A DNA stretch of 64,000 nucleotides from Octopus sinensis (taxonomy: Eukaryota), in assembly GCF_006345805.1 (NCBI RefSeq), contig NC_043006.1, positions 11,408,001 to 11,472,000 on the forward strand, read 5' to 3'. This document shows positions 39,801 to 50,756 of this stretch, in pieces. Every line of letters begins with the position of its first letter. The stretch's first letter is position 1. The notes under the pieces were generated by a model. It saw nothing but the letters and a program-made list of their open reading frames with translations. It was not told the origin of the DNA and ran no database searches. Made by a program: the position numbers and the translations under genes.

Positions 39801-42800
39801 CAGCTTATTGAAAAGCATTGTGCACAAAGGGATTCCAAACCATTGAAAGATTTTATGGATATCCTCAACTTCAAGCCTGTTAGTATACGTTGCCTTATTA
39901 ATTATGTTTTGTTTTCATTTCATAGGATATGTTTATATTACTAAACTGTTTAGTAATATAAACATTGAGATCTTTTTTAGCAGGTATATGCAAGATTTTC
40001 GTGTATGTGTGAAATTTGAAGAAATGAGGATTTTGTATCTGTTAGGTTCTCTTCTAGATTATTTGCATAAATCCTAGCAAGGAATTGAATACAACTTTTC
40101 CTCTTCCTCCTCCTTTTTTTATGCAAATTCCACCGGAACTCCTTGATATAATAGAAAAAACCCCAAACGTTGAACAGCACATCCCATAATTAATAATATC
40201 ACACTACAAAAAAAAAAAAAAAAATTTTAAAGAAAAAAACAAAAAAGAGCATGATCGTTGCCAGAGCAGCCAGCTGGCATTCGTGCTAGTAGGGTGCCAA
40301 GAGCACTATCCAAGCGGGATCATTGCCAGAGCAGGCAGCTGGCTTCTGTGCCAGTGGCACGTAAAAAGGCACCATCCGAGCGTGATCGTTACCAACATCG
40401 CCTTACTGGCACCTGTGCCGGTGGCATGTGTAAAAAGATCTGAGCGAGGTCATTGCCAGTACTGCCTGACTGGCCCCTGTGCCGGTGGCATGTAAAAAGC
40501 ACCCACTACACTCTTGGAGTGGTTGGCGTTAGGAAGGGCATCCAGCTGTAGAAACTCTGCCAGATCAAGATTGGAGTCTGGTGCAGCCATCTGGTTTGCC
40601 AGCCCTCAGTCTTCGTCCAACCCATGCTAGCATGGAAAGCGGACGTTAAACGATGATGATGATGAGGAGGAGGACAAGTAAAAACAGAGAAAAGACCCTT
40701 CATCAGTTGTTGGCTGTCTATATACTCCTCATTTTGAGCACCCAATGACAATATGTGTCTTCAAAGACAGTTGCTCCCATAAATTTTAAAATAAAATTTA
40801 TGATTTATGGAGGGTGAATATTGGGAACAAAAACATGACAGTGGAGACATACAAACGAAAACAAGCATGGAGGGTCTTTAGACTAGAATGAGTGGGAAAT
40901 AGTGAACGCTGGGAAAAACACTTTTTTTTTTAAATGAGAAAAGATAGAAGAGAGAGAGAGTGAGAGAAAAACATATTTGTTATTTTGAATGTCTGTGCAG
41001 GAAAAGATAGATGGACGATGATCACGTGTGAGCAACGAGAGGGAGAGAGAGAAAAGAGAAAGACGGGCAGAGAGAGAGAGAAAACGGAGAAGGAAGGAGG
41101 GGAGAAAAAGGGAATTAGAGAAGGATGAAGGAAGAAAATAGTAGAGTAGAGAGTTGCATCAAAAAGGGGAAAATAGACTTACTTGGAAATGGATGTGTCA
41201 CGTTACACACACACATGCATATGTGGGTACAGGACGTCACCAATGGTGCAAATAACATGAAATATGTAAACAAATGAGTTAAATACATAAACAATGTGAA
41301 AAAATGGAAAACAGGACAAGTAAATATATATATATATTACAGAGATGTACTTGCATAGCAAGTGGCCTGAACTGAGATCGTGTGCTGGAACCAAAACAAT
41401 TGCAGCATGGAAGGTGTTTATAAGCCATTTAAGAAACACACAAAAACCATTAGATTCACTTCAACATTTAAATTTACTTTCTCAGATGCAGCACGGAAGC
41501 AGCCTCAAAACGACAAAAATATTTTGCCAAATTAATTTTAAATGTTGAAGTGAATCTAACAGTTTTTGTGTGTTTTTATATGGCTTATAAACACCTTCCA
41601 CACTATAGTTGTGTTGTGTGTGTGTGTGTGTAGCCACTACACACATTTTTTCTCTCTCCTTGTTTCTCTCCTTGTTTCTTTCTGTGTTCCTTTCTGCGGA
41701 AGAACATAGGTTCGAAACATAAAGGACTTTTTCAATTCCCAAGCGTTATACTAATACATCTGTTTGTTTTCTACACCACCTGTCCTCGTCTTTTGTTTGT
41801 TTCGTGAATTCTCTCTCTATATATATATGTATGTGTGTGTGTGTGTATAAATATATATGTGCATGTTTGTGTGTATAAATGTATATGTGCATGTGTGTGT
41901 ATATATATATGTGTTTGTGTATATATATGTGTGTATATATATATATGTATGTGTGTGTGTGTGCCTATATATATGTCTGGTCTCCGTGCCGGTGACACAT
42001 AAAAAGCACCAACCGATCGTGGCCGTTTGCCAGCCTCATCTGGCACGTAAAAAGCACCCATTACACTCACGGAGTGGTTGGCGTTAGGAAGGATATCCAG
42101 CTGTAGAAACACTGCCAGATCAGACTGGAGCCTGGTTTAGCCTCCTGGCTTCCCAGACCCCACTTGAACCGTCCAACCCATGCTAGCATGGAAAGCGGAC
42201 GTTAAATGATGATGATGATGATGATATATACACACTGGGGTCGATATAATCGACTTAATCCATTTGTCTGTCCTTGTTTGTCCCCTCTGTGTTTAGCCCC
42301 TTGTGCGTAGTAAAGAAATAGGTATGTAATTTTCTATAGCATCCAAATTTAATTGAAGATGCAGTGTATACGAGTCTGAGAAATTTGGAAGTGATTTATA
42401 GCATTGTTTCCGACTAGAAAGAAAAACCATTCTGCCAGCAAGCAGCATGTTTCTTCAGATTTAGTGAGTGTTATATATTTTTTTCATTAAGCTGAAGGTG
42501 TTACATATGTTCTCACATAAAAAGAAAAAAATGGAATGGCGTTTCTGCGTACGACTGTGTTTTTTTCCGTTCTTCGGTTCTCTTTCTTCCACTCACTGTC
42601 TCCTGTTTGACTTCTTGCTATCTAACTTGACATTTGTAATATAAATATAGAAATATATATAGACATACACACATGCATACATGTATACACATACACACGC
42701 ATATTTTTTTGTATATATATATATACATACATACATATATATATAATGTGTGTATAAATTGATATGTATGATACATATATATATATATATATATGTATGT

Positions 42801-43173
42801 ATATATAATGTGTGTGTATGTTTATTATATGTATATTATACATGTATATATGTATGTGTATAAATGTATGTATGTATATACATACATATATATATATATG
42901 TGTGTGTGTATACAATGTGTGTGCATGTTTATATATATGTATATTATACATGTGTATATATATATTTCTGTGTGTGTGTGTGTATTTATATTTGTATGTA
43001 AAATTATGTATGTATATATATATATATATGTGTGTGTATATATATATATGCATATATTTATGTATATATATATATATATATATGTGTGTATTTATACTTA
43101 TGTATGTAAAATTATGTATGTATATATATATATACATGTATATGTGTATATATATATATTATATATATGTATG

Positions 43174-43262
<89 letters not shown>

Positions 43263-46200
43263 GTGTATATATTTATGTATATATATGTGTGCGTTTATAC
43301 TTATGTATGTGTGTATGTTTGTATGTATATGATACATGTGTATATATATATATTTCTGTGTGTGTGTTTATGCTTATGTATGTTTGTATGTATGTATGTA
43401 TGTATGTATCTGTCATATTTGCATCTTCTTTTAGATGTCACACTCTAAATCTATCTGACCAAATGTGTACTCAGTTAAGCAACATCATATCGTATCATTC
43501 TAGCAACAAGATGCTTTATCCAACTTTACTTGAGTATATTAACACCTCGAATAAATATTATATCTCATGAATTCACTATATTTATCTTGTAATTGCTATA
43601 AAAAGAAGTGCTGGCAATGTTTAGTTTTTCTCTGGGAATGGTGATGCACTCATAACTGTTGCTTCCATGCAAAAAAAAAAGCAGAAAAAAGGGGAAGAAA
43701 TTAGGCATACAAAAAAATATATAAATAAACAAATGTGCAGGCTTGGTCGTGTGGTATGAAGCTTGCTTCTCAACCACATGGTTTCTGGTTCAGTCTCACT
43801 GCGTGGCACCTGGGGCAAGTATTTTCTACTCTAGCCTTGAGCTGGCATAAGCCTTGCGAGTAGATTTGGTAGAAGGAAACTGAAAAAAGCCTGTTGTATC
43901 ATCATCATCATCATCATCAATTAATGTCCATTGTCCATGCTGGCATGGGTTGGACAATGTGACCAGAGTTTGTGGGCTGCAACTGACTCCTGTCTGATTT
44001 GGCATGGTTTCTACGGCTGTATGGCTTTCCCAGTGCCAACTACTTTACAGAGTGTTCTGGGTCCTTTTAAGTACCACTGCATAGGCACCATTATGTGGTA
44101 CTGGTACACTGCACAAGTGCATTTACATGGCACCGCACAGGCACTCTTACATATCGCTGCATAAATATATATATATATATATATTGGCGTAGGGGTGGCT
44201 GTGTGGTAAGTGGCTTGCTTAACAAACACATGGTTCCGGGTTCAGTCCCACTGCGTAGCACCTTGGGCAGGTGTCTTCTACTATAACCTCAGGTCAACCA
44301 AAGCATTGTGAGTGGATTTGGTAGACGGAAACTAAGAGAAGTCCGTTGTATATATGTATGTATATATATATATATATATATGTTTGTGTGTCTGTGTTTG
44401 TCCCCCCAACATCGCTTAACAACCAATGCTGGTGTGTTTATGTCCCCACAACTTAGCGGTTCGGCAAAATACACTGATGGAATAAGTACTAGGCTTACAA
44501 AGAATAAGTCCTGGGGTCGATTTGCTCGACTAAAGGCGCTGTTCCAGCATGGCCTCAGTCAAATGACTGAAACAAGTAAAAGAGTATATAGTAAAATAAC
44601 TTTGTTATTATTAATTTGACGTTTAAAGCAGCTACCTGGTAGAATCGTTAGCACACCAGGTAAAATGCCTGGTGGCATTTTGTCCATCTTTACGTTCTGG
44701 GTTCAAATTCTGCCAAGATTGGCTTTTGCTTTTCATCCGTTCGGAGTCGATAAAGTAAGTACCTGTTAAGTACTGGTATTTATGTAATTGACTAGCAACT
44801 GCCTTTGAACTTTCTGGAAATATGCCAAAATTTGAAACCGTTATTAAGTTGGTAGTTTGGAACATTAATTAATTAATTAATCATCATCATCATCATCATC
44901 ATTGTTTAATGTCCGTTTTCCGTGCTAGCACGGGTTTGACGGTTCATCCGGGGTCTGGGAAGCCAGGAGGCTGCACCAGACTCCAGTCTGATCTGGCAGT
45001 GTTTCTACAGCTGGATGCCCTTCCTAACGCCAACCACTCCATGTGTGTAGTGGGTGCTCTTTACGTGCCACCGGCACAGGGGTCAGAGGAAGCTGGCAAT
45101 GGCCACGATCGGTTGGTACTTTTTACATGCCACCGGCACAGAAGCCAGTCAAGGCGGCGCTGGCATCAGCCACATTCGGATGGTGCTTTTTATGTGCTGC
45201 CAGCACAGGTATATGGCTTTAATTTAGAGCACTTTAAAACAGAAAGTTTGCATTGTACAACCAGAGACCAGATTAATACCAAATTGGCTAATCATTTTAT
45301 CTCAAAGGAATTAAAATAAAAATTAAACGATCATTGAAATAATGTGATAATGTGTAATATTTTAATATTTTACATTTTTGAAGCAAAATTTGAATAAACC
45401 AGTTTCTTTTTGTTGTTTTGAACAATTTGTTTTTTGTCTTTAAAGGTATGTCAAGACCAGATTGTATTGTTTTTGGAATTACTCCTTGATGTTGCTCTTC
45501 CAAAGAATATCCTGGACAATATCCGTGAAAAGTTTGATATCAGTTGTGCTAATCCAGATGTATGTCCGAAATTTCATCTTTTTCATCAAAATGCCATATT
45601 TTCGTAGTGATTGTTATATTATTAAATAGGCACAGGAGTGGCTGTGTGGTAAGTAGCTTGCTTACCAACCACATGGTTCCGGGTTCAGTCCCACTGCGTG
45701 GCACCTTGGGCAAGTGTCTTCTACTATAGCCTCGAGCTGACCAAAACCTTGTGAGTGGATTTGGTAGACGGAAACTGAAAGAAACCTGTCGTATATATGT
45801 ACATATATATATGTGTCTGTGTTTGTCTCCCCAGCATCGCTTCACAACTGATGCTGGTGTGTTTACGTCCCCATAACTTAGCAGTTCGGCAAAAGAAACC
45901 TATAGAATAAGTACTAAGTTTACAAAGAATAAATCCTGGGGACGATTTGTTCGACTAAAGGCGTGCTCCAGCATGGCCACAGTCAAATAACTGAAATAAG
46001 TAAAAGAGTAATTTGAGGACAGAAAATTGTAATTGTGTTTATAACAAGTCATCTCAGATGTTAACCATTCTGCTACCATATTTCTGTTGAAATACTCTGT
46101 CTTCATTTCAGTTTTGGAAAATAATTAGTCATCATCATCATCATCATCGTTTAACGTCTGCTTTCCATGCTAGCATGGGTTGGACGATTTTGACTGAGGG

Positions 46201-46937
46201 CTGGCGAACCAGATGGCTGCACCAGGCTCCAATCTCGATTTGGCAGAGTTTCTACAGCTGAATGCCCTTCCTAACGCCAACCACTCCGAGAGTGTAGTGG
46301 GTGCTTTTTACGTGCCACCGACACGGGGGCCAGTCAGGCAGTACTGGCCACAACCTCGCTTGAATCAATTTACACATGCTACCAGCACAGGTGCCAGTAA
46401 GGCGACGTTGGTAACGATCACGCTCGAATAGTACCTTTTTACATGCCACTGGCACGGAAGCCAGTTGGCTGCTCTGTAATTAGTAGTTTATTAAAATAAC
46501 TTGTTATTATTAAGTTAGTGTTTGCAACATAAATAAACTTGAAAATTTGATGGAAGAAGGTTTTCATTTACCTCACTATAAAACTGAGTTTGTATCATAG
46601 AACCAAGGATTGTGTCAGGCTAATTGGTATCCAAATCAGCGCTTTACTCTTTTACTCTTTTACTTGTTTCAGTCATTTGACTGTGGCCATGCTGGAGCAC
46701 CTCCTTTAGTCGAGCAAATCGACCCCAGGACTTATTCTTTGTAAGCCTAGTGCTTATTCTATCAGTCTCTTTTGCCGAACTGCTAATCAACCCCAGGACT
46801 TATTCTTTGTAAGCCTAGTACTTATTCTATCAGTCTCTTTTGCTGAACTGCTAAGTTACGGGGACCTAAACACACCAGCATCGGTTGTCAAGCGATGTTG
46901 GGGGTGTCAAGCACAGACACACAAACATATAAACACA

Positions 46938-46984
<47 letters not shown>

Positions 46985-49801
46985 TCGACGGGCTTCTTTC
47001 AGTTTCCATCTACCAAATCCACTCACGAGGCTTTGGTCAACCCGAGGCTATAGTAGAAGACACTTGCCAAAGGTGCCACACAGTGAGACTGAACCCAGAA
47101 CCATGTGGTTCATAATCAAGCTACTTACCTTGTGCTGCAGTTAGAATATATTCTTGTCACATTTCGACTTCAGCTCACAGAACTTTTGCTTTGCTTCTTT
47201 GAGAAAGAATCTAAAGCTCAAAATATCGGCTCTTTTTCCTCTTTATTGTAATGTGATATATTTTAACTATATCACTTCTTGGGTTAAGATTAACTTTGTC
47301 TTAAACGTCACCAGGACAAAATTGCAGTTCAAGTCCTGTCTAAGACAACTTTACCTCTCATCCTTTTGGGATTGTTAAATAAATAAGTTGTACCAAAGGT
47401 GGTGAATTACCAGAATTGTTAGCATGCTAGGCAAAATGCTTAGTCTCTATCTTTATGCTCTGAGTTCAAATTCCACTGAGGTCAACTTTACCTTTCATCC
47501 TTTTGGGTTAATAAAGTAAGTACCAGTTGAACACTGGGGTCGATGGAATTGACTTACCCTCTCCTACGGAATTGCTGGACTTGTGTCAAAATTTGAAACT
47601 AATTAATTAGTACCTGTTTCTTTATTACCCACAAGGGGCTAAACATAGAGGGGACAAACAAGGAAAGACAAACAGATTAAGTCGATTACATTGACCCCAG
47701 TGCATAACTGGTACTTATTTAATCGACCCCAAAAGGATGAAAGGCAAAGTCGACCTCAGCGGAATTTGAACTCAGAATGTAATGGCAGACGAAATACGAC
47801 TACGCATTTCGCCCGGCATGCTAACGATTCTGCCTGCTTGCCTAATTAAGTAGTACCACCAGTCAAATAATGGGGTTGATTGTTCTTTTTCTTTCTCACT
47901 AGAAGTAATTGGCATCTAAACCTGGAGAGGAATAGGTTCTGCCATGTGTTTAAATGGTCAAAACATGCTGTATGTCATGACAGTGCCCTATGACTACATC
48001 AAGAGAGTTGAGGACTCTAAGAAAGAAGGAAGCTTCCATTGTAGATAAACCAAGTCATATTTCTACGGGGATTGAGTCTGCCTTCTCCCATCTATTTCTT
48101 GTTAAAAAATTGTTAATATTTCTAAGCTGAAATTCATTTTAAAAAGATATATTTTTTATGTAATTTATTTTCCGTAATTTATATAATTAATTAATTTTGT
48201 TAATCATTTAAGGCAAAATAAATGAATGCATTTTTTTTAAAATCATATTTTTTATTGCAGATACAGCATAGATGGTGTGAACTCTTAATCAAAAATAAAT
48301 ATGCTAAATTTTATGGTGATATTAAGAATTTTCTGTTATATCATCAGGTAAGCTTAATTAAAATCCACATAATTGCAAAAATTCCCCTTCAGTTGACTGA
48401 TCAGATTTTAAAATTATTGTATCAGTGCCTTGTGGGTGAAGTTGGTAAATGGAAACTGAAAGAAGCCCATCCTCTGGAAGATTGGAAACAAGGCACATCA
48501 CTTGTATGATTGTGTGACATTTACAACTGTTTTTCAGTGTCAACACACAAGGACTACAAACACACACACATACACATATGCATCATCATGCTGCTGCTGA
48601 TGATACGTGTGTGTATGTGTGCGCATGTGTGTGTGTATGTATGTGTGCGTGCGTGCGTGTGTGTGTGTGTGTGTGGTCTTCTGTTGACATTGCACATCAT
48701 CATCATCATCATCATCGTTTAACATCCGCTTTCCATGCTAGCATGGGTTGGACGATTTTGACTGAGGGCTGGCGAGCCAGATGGCTGCACCAGGCTTCAA
48801 TCTTGATCTGACAGAGTTTCTACTGCTGGATGCCCTTCCTAACGCCAACCACTCCGAGAGTGTAGTGGGTGCTTTTTACGTGCCACCGGCATGGGGCCAG
48901 TCAGGTGGCACTGGCAACGACCTCACTCGAATCTTTTTACACATTACACGGGTGCCAGTAAGTGTCTTTTACGTGCCACCGGCACGGAAGCCAGATAGCC
49001 GCTCTGGCAATGATCACGCTCGGATGGTGGTCTTAATACCCTACTAGCACGGGGCTCAAGTGTCAGTAGTGCAACGCTGGTAATGATCACGCTCGAATGG
49101 TGCCATTATTGTCATACAATTGGTAACCTTTGTTTCCAATCTTCCATGAAAATGTGTCCAACTGTGGGGAAATAACACCTTGCTTGGAAACAGGTGAAGG
49201 TTAATGACAGGAAGAGCATCCAGCTATAGAAAAATCAGCCTCAAACAAATCCCTCTGACTTGTGCAAGCATGTAAAAAGGGCCATTAAATCGATGATGAT
49301 GATGGTGATGGCTATGGACACTTACAGTGTCATATTTATCTTCCCTAATAGTTCAAACTAGTAGGTTATGGCCACACTGGAGCACAGCAGTCCTTACATG
49401 AAGTCATAAAAGCAATAGCACTGGAATAAGTAATGCCTAACAATATTTAGTTCCGGTTATATTTGTTCTGGGTTCAAATCCTGTCTCAGTTGTTTCCTGT
49501 TTTTCTCTTTTTGAAATCCATAAATGTACCAGTTATATATTGGGGTTGATGTAGTTTAATTATTATAAATTTGTGGCCTTGAACCATTGAAAGAAACTAT
49601 TCATTTAAAACTATAATTTTGTGTAATTTGATGTCATAATCTTTGTTTATTTTGTAGGCAATGAGTACATATTTGTATGGAGAAATGGTTTTATCTGGTA
49701 CCAAGAAACAGACATCCATTGCTAAAGAATGCTTTAAGGAACTTTTACCATACATGGATGAAGATTTAAAGGAAGCACTTAGCAAGATGATATTTGGTTG
49801 A
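472..49801 (+). CDS. AOPEP: Aminopeptidase O (M1 family zinc metallopeptidase); 15 coding exons, 889 aa
   Basis: Exons 472-1532, 3760-3926, 7257-7377, 8748-8996, 11671-11857, 14280-14371, 18249-18342, 24851-24958, 32612-32652, 34584-34647, 36945-37004, 39798-39878, 45446-45559, 48261-48347, 49658-49801. All GT-AG with consistent phases; total 2670 nt with no internal stop. Motifs match human AP-O as I recall it: [69 protein letters not shown]. Confidence 0.95.
1610..1655 (+). ncRNA. Minimal type I hammerhead ribozyme (canonical core) in AOPEP intron 1
   Basis: CCAC-CTGATGA-ATGTC(CTGAGAAGA)GACAT-GAAA-CAATTG-TA^-GTGG. All core nucleotides are present; helix I 4 bp, helix II 5 bp, palindromic helix III ACAATTGT. 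Confidence 0.7.
2057..2260 (+). mobile_element. Probable Helentron-type non-autonomous fragment
   Basis: ATTACCTCCGCCAAGGAAGGAGGTTATG..GTCCGTCTGT..ATAACTCAAAAAGTT resembles widespread non-autonomous rolling-circle repeats (recognised by eye, not by search). Confidence 0.4.
3760..3926 (+). CDS. AOPEP: AOPEP coding exon 2
   Basis: ttttcag|T ATG..; [36 protein letters not shown]; G|GTAAGC. Confidence 0.93.
4134..4320 (+). mobile_element. Penelope-like terminal fragment with a hammerhead-like fold (variant core); second copy at about 41631-41820
   Basis: Two related copies of about 190 bp. CTTT-CTGTAGA-A-GAGC(GTAG)GCTC-GAAA-CG-TA-AAAG at 4192-4227. The Penelope assignment is inferred from the fold only. 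Confidence 0.45.
4793..5156 (+). mobile_element. Non-autonomous Helitron family H1
   Basis: A|TC 5' end, long 3' palindrome ending CTAG|T. Copies at 31416-31785(-), 56664-57028(-), and a split copy at 16492-16530 plus 17902-18143(+). Confidence 0.8.
7257..7377 (+). CDS. AOPEP: AOPEP coding exon 3
   Basis: tttgtag|GA; [39 protein letters not shown]; CA|GTAAGT. Confidence 0.9.
8071..8628 (-). mobile_element. Non-autonomous element of about 555 bp flanked by (TAA)n; second copy at 63265-63813 (+)
   Basis: Two full copies in opposite orientation, each with TAA tracts on both sides; partial copy at about 12815-12960. Confidence 0.75.
8748..8996 (+). CDS. AOPEP: AOPEP coding exon 4
   Basis: ctgcag|A; ..[39 protein letters not shown]; AG|GTAAGT. 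Confidence 0.93.
9955..10465. repeat. AT-rich minisatellite: units of about 32 bp plus five 64-bp higher-order units
   Basis: 64-bp period starting at 10124, 10188, 10252, 10316 and 10380. Confidence 0.9.
11099..11410 (+). mobile_element. tRNA-derived SINE family D
   Basis: Head GGAGGCGCAATGGCCCAGTGGTTAGGGCAG..GGTTTCGATTCC. Copies at about 5945-6228(-), 25416-25712(+), 29752-30050(+), 32205-32492(-), 39307-39612(+). Confidence 0.8.
11671..11857 (+). CDS. AOPEP: AOPEP coding exon 5 (zinc-binding HEXXH(X)18E)
   Basis: ttctag|C; [54 protein letters not shown]; exactly 18 residues between HELCH and the third ligand E; GGA|GTAAGC. Confidence 0.97.
13346..14037 (+). mobile_element. 5'-truncated RTE-clade LINE inserted in a TTAA-type MITE (about 13262-14187)
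   Basis: [35 protein letters not shown], a (GAT)n tail and an imperfect TSD GTAAA(A/C)TAAC. A second copy of the 3' part lies at about 23400-23810. Confidence 0.85.
14280..14371 (+). CDS. AOPEP: AOPEP coding exon 6
   Basis: tttctttag|TTA; [30 protein letters not shown]; AG|GTTAGT. Phases fit the flanking exons. Confidence 0.85.
15208..15610. repeat. Compound (TAC/TGC/CAC)n trinucleotide microsatellite
   Basis: Directly visible; it produces the poly-L/Y/S/T ORFs. Confidence 0.97.
16015..16060 (-). ncRNA. Minimal hammerhead ribozyme in a SINE-like repeat (copy 1)
   Basis: GACAC-CTGATGA-A-GGCTG(GAGGGTATAT)CAGCC-GAAA-TG-TT^-GTGTT. Confidence 0.65.
16931..17900 (-). mobile_element. RTE LINE 3' fragment (RT thumb plus 3' UTR) continuing into family C
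   Basis: ORF 17088-17714: [38 protein letters not shown]. It is followed by a 3' UTR and then the family C tail at 16531-16930. Confidence 0.9.
18249..18342 (+). CDS. AOPEP: AOPEP coding exon 7 (catalytic Tyr region)
   Basis: tttcag|A; [31 protein letters not shown]; |GTAAGT. Confidence 0.93.
18520..18890 (+). mobile_element. CR1-type LINE 3' end
   Basis: [25 protein letters not shown], stop, 3' UTR and an (ATT)n tail. Confidence 0.75.
24851..24958 (+). CDS. AOPEP: AOPEP coding exon 8
   Basis: ttttcag|[36 protein letters not shown]|GTAAAG. Confidence 0.93.
25052..25310 (+). mobile_element. tRNA-derived SINE family E (shares its 3' part with family D)
   Basis: GGCGCGTGGCTTAGTGGTTAGGG..GGTTTCGATTCC..GTGTTCTTGAGCAAAAC; second copy at about 54293-54525. 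Confidence 0.75.
26557..26928 (+). mobile_element. Probable RTE LINE C-terminus with three C2H2 zinc fingers
   Basis: CSVC-x12-HLHSH, CQAC-x12-HAKVH, CQFC-x12-HIRLQH, stop at 26875-26877, then a short tail inside an (ATGT)n tract. The fingers have the S..GL.SH signature typical of RTE ends. Confidence 0.6.
27190..27537 (-). mobile_element. SINE with a 16-bp TSD
   Basis: TGACCTGAACAAGTAA at 27174-27189 and 27538-27553; tRNA-like head at the right end. Confidence 0.75.
30083..30470 (+). mobile_element. tRNA-derived SINE family B with an internal (TA/TG)n tract (representative full-length copy)
   Basis: Head GGCGCAG.AGTGGCTGTGTGGTAAG..GGTTCAGTCCC and tail GTAAAAGAG. Other copies at about 3440-3605(-), 4413-4680(+), 11925-12320(+), 14397-14806(-), 16145-16345(-), 20968-21365(+), 33690-34070(-), 43735-43895(+), 44185-44585(+), 45630-46012(+), 46645-47130(-), 50328-50756. 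Confidence 0.85.
30544..30717. repeat. Degenerate foldback (old MITE)
   Basis: Arms of about 60 bp: TTTATTTGTG..GACTACCATTG..CAACAATTCTTCA and its mirror. Confidence 0.7.
31107..32155. mobile_element. TTAA MITE interrupted by an RTE fragment that itself contains Helitron H1
   Basis: TIR CCCTTTAGCATT/AATGCTAAAGGG with TTAA on both sides. RTE remnants at about 31200-31410 and 31790-31960 (with GAT tail) flank H1 at 31416-31785. Confidence 0.7.
32612..32652 (+). CDS. AOPEP: AOPEP coding exon 9 (41 nt)
   Basis: ttttag|[15 protein letters not shown]|GTATGT; corresponds to human DFLQMLLENIPEEK. Confidence 0.85.
33067..33298 (+). mobile_element. SINE family A copy with a 17-bp TSD
   Basis: AGGTTGTACTAAAAGAA at 33050-33066 and 33299-33315; an empty paralogous site is at 35045-35061. 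Confidence 0.9.
34584..34647 (+). CDS. AOPEP: AOPEP coding exon 10 (64 nt)
   Basis: ttgctag|[22 protein letters not shown]|GTAAGT. Confidence 0.87.
35330..35790 (-). pseudogene. Decayed Tc1/mariner-superfamily transposase (catalytic C-terminal part)
   Basis: [45 protein letters not shown]...EAEGDYIE; frameshifted. Confidence 0.75.
36352..36624. repeat. Foldback with 131-bp arms, one mismatch and an 11-nt loop
   Basis: 36352-36482 is the reverse complement of 36494-36624. Confidence 0.95.
36945..37004 (+). CDS. AOPEP: AOPEP coding exon 11 (60 nt)
   Basis: attgcag|[20 protein letters not shown]|GTGAGA; phase 0/0. Only weak similarity to the human exon. Confidence 0.7.
38594..38831. repeat. 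Foldback with 99-bp arms and a 40-nt spacer
   Basis: 38594-38692 versus 38733-38831, three mismatches. Confidence 0.9.
39798..39878 (+). CDS. AOPEP: AOPEP coding exon 12 (81 nt)
   Basis: ttttcag|[27 protein letters not shown]|GTTAGT; phase 0/0. Assigned by position and size; the sequence is divergent. Confidence 0.7.
40250..40665 (+). mobile_element. Repeat family C: RTE-associated 3' tail with internal tandem units of about 55 bp and a (GAT)n end (representative copy; 25 or more in the window)
   Basis: Conserved GGCGTTAGGAAGGGCATCCAGCTGTAGAAA..GCATGGAAAGCGGACGTTAAACGATGATG. Other copies at e.g. 2655-3160(-), 6775-7152(+), 7462-7850(-), 9460-9712(-), 16531-16930(-), 21540-21950(-), 34130-34432(+), 38116-38395(-), 44881-45210(-), 46129-46480(-), 48696-49110(-). 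Confidence 0.85.
41409..41599. repeat. Inverted repeat with arms of about 65 bp next to the Penelope-like fragment
   Basis: GGAAGGTGTTTATAAGCCAT..CATTTAAA is mirrored at about 41534-41599. Confidence 0.8.
42630..43420. repeat. Compound (TA/TG/TATG)n microsatellite, about 0.8 kb
   Basis: Directly visible; source of the YI/CV-repeat ORFs. Confidence 0.97.
45446..45559 (+). CDS. AOPEP: AOPEP coding exon 13
   Basis: ctttaaag|[38 protein letters not shown]|GTATGT. Confidence 0.88.
48261..48347 (+). CDS. AOPEP: AOPEP coding exon 14
   Basis: attgcag|[29 protein letters not shown]|GTAAGC. Confidence 0.93.
49658..49801 (+). CDS. AOPEP: AOPEP last coding exon (15)
   Basis: tttgtag|[47 protein letters not shown]; TGA at 49799-49801. 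Confidence 0.93.
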   Translation, partial: AMSTYLYGEMVLSGTKKQTSIAKECFKELLPYMDEDLKEALSKMIFG

Positions 49802-50043
49802 CATCCAAAGTGGTTTTAGAATTATTTTAATGGAATATATATATATATATATGTATTGATAAAAATGGTAAGACAACAAAAGAATGAAAGAGACCTCGAT
49901 ATTATGTAAATGGACGAATTTATCTGTAAATCCATGCCGCCATCTCTTCAGTTATCCTGCCATGGATTTCCACCTCAGCATCCGAAACTTGGAGTTTTAT
50001 CATGGCTACCAAATGATTGTCACATATTACATTTACAGATATG

Positions 50044-50079
<36 letters not shown>

Positions 50080-50664
50080 GGAGTAAGCACATAAATGTGA
50101 AACAAGGTGGCAAAAAAGAGTACTCAAATACCAGAGGTAGAGTAATATGCTTTATTTAAAAGCAGCAGGACTATAACAAAAGCTGTTACTCAGAGTTTCA
50201 AGTTCCCGTTTGTCAGACAAAACTGTCCAACAAACCGGAACATAAAAGTATATATATATATATATACACACTGATGCACACAGATACACACACACACTCA
50301 CACAGATACACACATATATACATATATAGGCACAGGTGTGGCTGTGTGTTAAGAAGTTTGTTTCCCAACCACATGAATCTGAATCCAGTCCCACGGTGTG
50401 GCTCTTTGGGCAAGCATCTTCTATTATAGTCTTGGGTCATGTGAGTGGATTTACTCTTTACTCTTTTACTTGTTTCAGTCATTTGACTGCGGCCATGCTG
50501 GAGCACCACCTTTAGTCGAGCAACCCCATACTTATTCTTTGGAAGCCTATTGCTTATTCTATTGGTCTCCTTTGCTGAACCGCTAAGTTACGGAGACGTA
50601 AACACACCATGACCATCGGTTGTCAAGCAATGCTGGAGGGACAAACACATACACACACACACAA

Positions 50665-50719
<55 letters not shown>

Positions 50720-50756
50720 TACAATGGGTTTCTTTCAGTTTCCGTCTACCAAATCA

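Noticed and set aside
42622-43570. ORFs of up to 252 aa (YI/CV repeats)
   Set aside because: Dinucleotide microsatellite translations.
46720-46855. Internal tandem duplication of about 68 bp in a SINE B copy
   Set aside because: A single local slippage event with no wider pattern.
472-49801. Intronic miR-23b/27b/24-1 cluster as in vertebrate AOPEP
   Set aside because: I recognised no matching mature sequences; the cluster is a vertebrate feature.
49802-50200. AOPEP polyadenylation signal
   Set aside because: No unambiguous AATAAA-type site could be assigned, so the 3' UTR end is left undefined.
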